54,410 nucleotides of DNA from Catajapyx aquilonaris. Taxonomy: Eukaryota. Where the stretch lies: positions 1-54,410 of the forward strand of contig KZ538676.1 in NCBI GenBank assembly GCA_000934665.2, written 5' to 3'. Of the stretch, positions 49,991 to 54,410 are shown piece after piece (within the stretch, counting starts at the first letter, position 1; each line of letters opens with the position of its first letter). The notes under the pieces were generated by a model. The model was not told the origin of the DNA. It saw only the letters and a program-made list of their open reading frames with translations, and ran no database searches. The position numbers and the translations under genes were made by a program.

Positions 49991-52449
49991 AAGGTAGGGT
50001 TGCATAAATGATGTTAAATCATAATCAAGTCATTTGTCCTAAATGAAACAATTCAACCACTTGTTCTGGGTTTACCTCGTTATGCAAGGGCACTCCCTCA
50101 TGCAAATATAAAATTTGACGGTTAAGGTTTTCTGAATGACTGACTTTTTAAATAGTGAAAACATGTAAAATGAATTATTACCGTCAAATATGCCTTTACG
50201 TAACAACAAAACATTTTAAAATGAAGATTGGCTCTCTGAATACGGGGAAGAGGAATGACGACCTAAGGTGGTAGAGCGCCCGATCCCAAATTGCACCTAC
50301 TAGCCCATTAGTCACCTGACAGATTCAGATATATTACAGTCCTGTCATCCTGACTAAATGTCATTTCCACTTTTATGACTAATTCGGGTTCGGCATTTCT
50401 TTATGGACACATCCTCCGATTTGAAACGTAAGGTCGTGTCGAGGTCGTTCATCAGCCAGGCCATAAAACTCTGGCTGCAAACCCAGCACTTAGGCTTGCG
50501 TTCAGGCCGGCCTCCCAAAATGAATTGGTGGCTTTGAGGAGTTGGGCCACCCCCTCCCTCCTTTACCCCACCCCAGCCCTAGCCGCCTTCCCCCACCTCT
50601 CTCCAAACGGTGTATATCCCAGGGATAAATTAAAGGCCTCCTCAGCAGGCCTGCTCGCCAATCTTAATCTGTGGGCTTCCTCTCTCGCAGAGCCAGTCAT
50701 TCTTCCTCCTAAACGGCTATCTCCTCTTCTGCCATGTTTTCTTTACGTCCGGCCATTGCATTTGGCCGCACTTTATCGCCTCGATGCACTCCAAGGATTT
50801 TCATTCCCTTTGCGGACCAATAATGTCCGGCCAACTTTATCGCCTCCAACTTATTCGGGGGACTCACAAGGGGATTGCCAACGGATTAGATTACAAAAAT
50901 TTTTCTGCGCTTTTTCATTCGCCGCTGCACTGAAGACAGGTTCGGAATCAAAGGATGGTATAGGTGGCTTCTAAAATTTTCCTCCTACACAGATTGCCTT
51001 CAGGTGCATTCGTTACCTGACATCAACTCGGGAGGATTATTAATTTCTAATTCTATACAGAAATAACCGTTTCTACGATATACTGTATACATCCCATGTC
51101 AAAATAATAAATACGGCATTGTAATATACTCTTTCGATTCTTACCTAGCTCGAGAGAGTTGTTAAATTTCGTGCCATATAGCTTATTTAGAGACAACGTG
51201 AAAACGTAATGCAGTAACAGGCGCTTCTCGCGTACTGTAAGCTCGACATACAGGATAAACGAAAAGGTATTGCAGTGTCAGACACATTCCAGTGCAAAAT
51301 GCCTGTTGTGCTCCATGGCAACGATGTTATTCCAGTGCTCCAGGCCCCATGTCTGCTTGGCCCTCAATACTTAAAAAAAAAGAAATCGTGCCAAACTACT
51401 CTCTCCCGTGCCGCAAAAGCGTGCTCACCAGACGTAAGCAATGGGAATTCGTCTAGACTCGAGCCACGTATACATGCAACGCTCAAAATAATTCGCAAAC
51501 TTAGTTGTGAGCTCCTTTGTAGCTGGAGAGGGGCACAACCGCTATACGAAACTTACTATGCATTTGGGAGTTAATGGAACCCACTCAGGCAAATAAGGTG
51601 CAGTATATGCAACTGGAAGACTCCACCACATCCAGAAGAAACTACATCTCTTTTCACCATCTCTAAACTGAACCAGATTCAATTTCCACCATACCCAAAG
51701 TGAACCACATCCAAATGGAACCACATCCAAATTGTTATTGCTAACGTGCCGTCCAAACAGCTTCTGGAACCACACCCAAATACCAGTATACTCGTTATTC
51801 CGGATAAATCTGTATGCCCACACTCCCGATAGAGGAATGAAAGTAACTCACTGGTTGGGCCTAATGATGCAGACTTATCCCGCCGGTCCAGCCAGCTACT
51901 GGAGCACAATATTAGTAAAGCCGCACCCCAATACGCACACCACACAAACATGTATATCTATGCAGCCTACTAATGTAACCAAGACACTTTGTTTTGGTAA
52001 TTTTAGTTAATCGTTGTGGCTGCCATTCGGGAAGTTCCGGTCTCGATCACTGGCTCATCTTTACCTGTCACTACAGAATAATTTATTCCCGAAACAATAA
52101 ATTAACTGAAACGAACCTCATGAGACCGTCAAACTAATATTCAAAGTCCTTTTCTTACTTTTTGCAGTGATAAGTCAGACTGTAATAGTTGTCATGCAAA
52201 AACTCGGCAAAACAAATGTTGTGTAACTGACCTTTTAAACAGAGAAGTATTTCAATCTTCTCCCACGCGGAGACACTCTTTACGCTTGAAGTCGCCATAA
52301 TTAGTGCATGTATGTCAGTTGAACGGACGTAACGAGACCAGAACTGTACCATTTAGTAACCGAGTGACGGCCGAGTTATCTTCACGAGAAAAATAATTAA
52401 TATTAAACTCGAACATTGTGACACCCGGACTGGAACATATGTCCGCAAA

Positions 52450-53110
52450 GTGCAGGACGATTAATTAACCGAAAGTACAGGCTCGGCCCACATCACTTAT
52501 TCACACCCGTCCAGTGTAGTGCGTATACACTCGACACGTTGGTGTGACTAATTGGCAACCAACCCCTACGTGTGCACAGGTTTGACTAACGCGGGTCTAT
52601 GTCGATATGTCTGTTCTCCGTTCCCCCCAAAAAAACACGTGCATTATTTATGCGAACGTCACTTGTCCGGGTGCCACCATTTTGAGAGTAAGCGTCATTG
52701 GAGCCCGATGCATGGTAAACATGCGGATGCTTCTGCTGCGAGTGCTTCTCTACATCGCCTGGCCAAGTCACCCGAGACTCATCGAGGGCACTATATGCCA
52801 TCAGCACCGATTCAGAACACTCGTAGCGCATGTACTCACCCAGCTGTCCCATCCCACTGTCGTTGTGGACCCAATTTGTGTACGACCTCTGACCCTCATG
52901 GACCCAGAAGCCGGATTCAAGATTGTGACAAATGGCTCCTGCTTGGATTGGACCATGCCAACGTCCTCCTTGCTGCTAGTCTCTGGCTACGACACTCTGG
53001 TTGAAATGCTACGATGCAATCATCGCTTGGTCTACACTCATCAGGTATAAATAAGTTTGCAAAAGGACTGGTGGGGAGTGCCATGGGTGCCCTTATTTTC
53101 CCATCTAGGG
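52450..53110 (+). mobile_element. Highly decayed Tc1-like transposase 3' relic
   Basis: Fragments DTLV*LIGN, IAWPSHPRLIE (cf. LPWPxxSPDLNPIE) and YDTLVEMLRC (cf. IDxLIxSMxRRC) in the expected order. Confidence 0.4.
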
Positions 53111-53477
53111 TCAATAGGCCACATGCAATACCAAGGATAAAAGTTACATAACTGTGTAGAAGTATCGATCATAATAATTGTACAGGTATTTGTTAATTTA
53201 TCGTAGGATATTTGACCTATAACTTACTTTCAATATTGTGTTGGCTCAGAAAGTGTATGCGGAACTTGAAAAATGTCCATATGAAAGTGAAAAACCAACA
53301 ACACTGTTATACAGGGTGGTGGGAAAATTAATGTGCTCAACATTTCCTCACGGAATCAGTTCCTTGAAAATGTAAAACAAAATTGCTATATTTTTTGATT
53401 TAGGTTTAGGCTGACAATGAGATAATCCCATGATAGTTTTAAACATTTAATCAATGATGGGAACCTCCTGCGTGTTA

Positions 53478-54260
53478 CGAGGTGCTACCCAAAAGTTCTC
53501 GAACTGACGCCAGTACTTTTGAACCGCATATAGTTTGTCGCTACCTCTCTATGTAGTGATGCAGGTGATGACCTTTCTGAACTGCTCTGCCAAGTGGCAG
53601 CGTCTGAGGTTGAATAATTGATCAGTTTCTGTGGGCGGTTTTGTAGAGTTGTGATTGGTGCGTTCTGCGATTCTATCTGGGGGTGAAAATGGATGACTTA
53701 AAAGAACAGCAAAAATTTTGTTTCATACTTGCCAAAAGTGCTGCAAACTCACAAGATGCTACAAGATGCATTCGGTGACAGTGTGTAGGGACATAGAAAT
53801 GATATAATCGGGGTTCAAAGATGGCCCCATTTCAATTGAAAATGACAATCGTTCTGGACGTTCTTTGAAGAGCACAACCTCATGAAAATGGGTAAAATTA
53901 CTCTCAAATCTTCTTTCTTTCAACTTAATTTTCATTTTCGGGTTAGGAAGAAGTCGCAGGGAGCTAAATCTGGCGAAAAAGGCGGGTGAGGAAGGACATT
54001 CGAAGGAAACGCCTCGCGAAGTGGCGCGAGAACAACATCATGACAACTCGTTCGCTCACCCCGCGTTTTCCGCGCAGCAGTTTTTGGCGTCCCAAAACAT
54101 GAATATTGTCCCTTACCCACCTTTTTCGCCAGATTTAGCTCCCTGCGACTTCTTCCTATTCCCGAAAATGAAAATTAAGCTGAAAGGAAAAAAATATTTG
54201 ACTCAGTAAACCAGGTCCACGAAGAATCGCAGGTGGTGCTGAGAGCCCTAACAAAAAAAT
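53478..54260 (+). mobile_element. mariner element relic with internal deletion and inverted duplication
   Basis: TA-CGAGG 5' end; ATG 53689 MDDLKEQQKFCFILAKSAA..MLQDAFGD..FKDG..SIENDNRSGR; 54036-54200 HHDNSFAH..PYPPFSPDLAPCDFFLFPKMKIKLKG (mariner HDNA and YSPDLAPxD motifs). Confidence 0.9.
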
Positions 54261-54410
54261 AAGCAGTAAAACTGCCGAAAACTATTCTTCCTCTGGGTGA
54301 GATTAAAAGTAAAAAACAAGTCCATAGGTGGGGGTTGGTTCGTGTCATAGGGATGTGTGATAATCAAATTTAATTCAAAACATTCGTGCTTTGGGGCTGG
54401 GAAGAATTAG

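Overview
Eukaryotic, most likely arthropod (TTAGG/CCTAA microsatellites, insect-type mariner and Tc1 relics), AT-rich draft-assembly DNA that is almost entirely non-coding. No intact protein-coding gene is recognisable. A GC-rich promoter-like segment and a possible first exon ending at a GAG|GTAAGG donor (about 5.6-6.1 kb) suggest the rest may be one very large intron. The window is packed with non-autonomous mobile DNA: five copies of one tRNA-derived SINE (one nested inside another, each with its own TSD), other SINEs and truncated retroposon tails, many TA-flanked Tc1/mariner/pogo MITEs, hAT MITEs and decayed transposase fragments. Most noteworthy: (1) an A-B-A' array of (CA)n-targeting elements with subterminal inverted repeats, (CCTAA)n cores and sequence-swapped repeat motifs (13.5-14.5 kb); (2) a 335-bp element with Polinton/Maverick-like AGTAGT termini and a 6-bp TSD; (3) two unrelated Tc1/mariner relics whose transposase 3' ends are duplicated in inverted orientation; (4) a MITE pair whose central loop is flipped relative to the arms; (5) several decayed ORF-like stretches with no TE motif that I recognise, which might be endogenous viral elements (unverified). 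All family assignments come from reading by eye; no database search was run.
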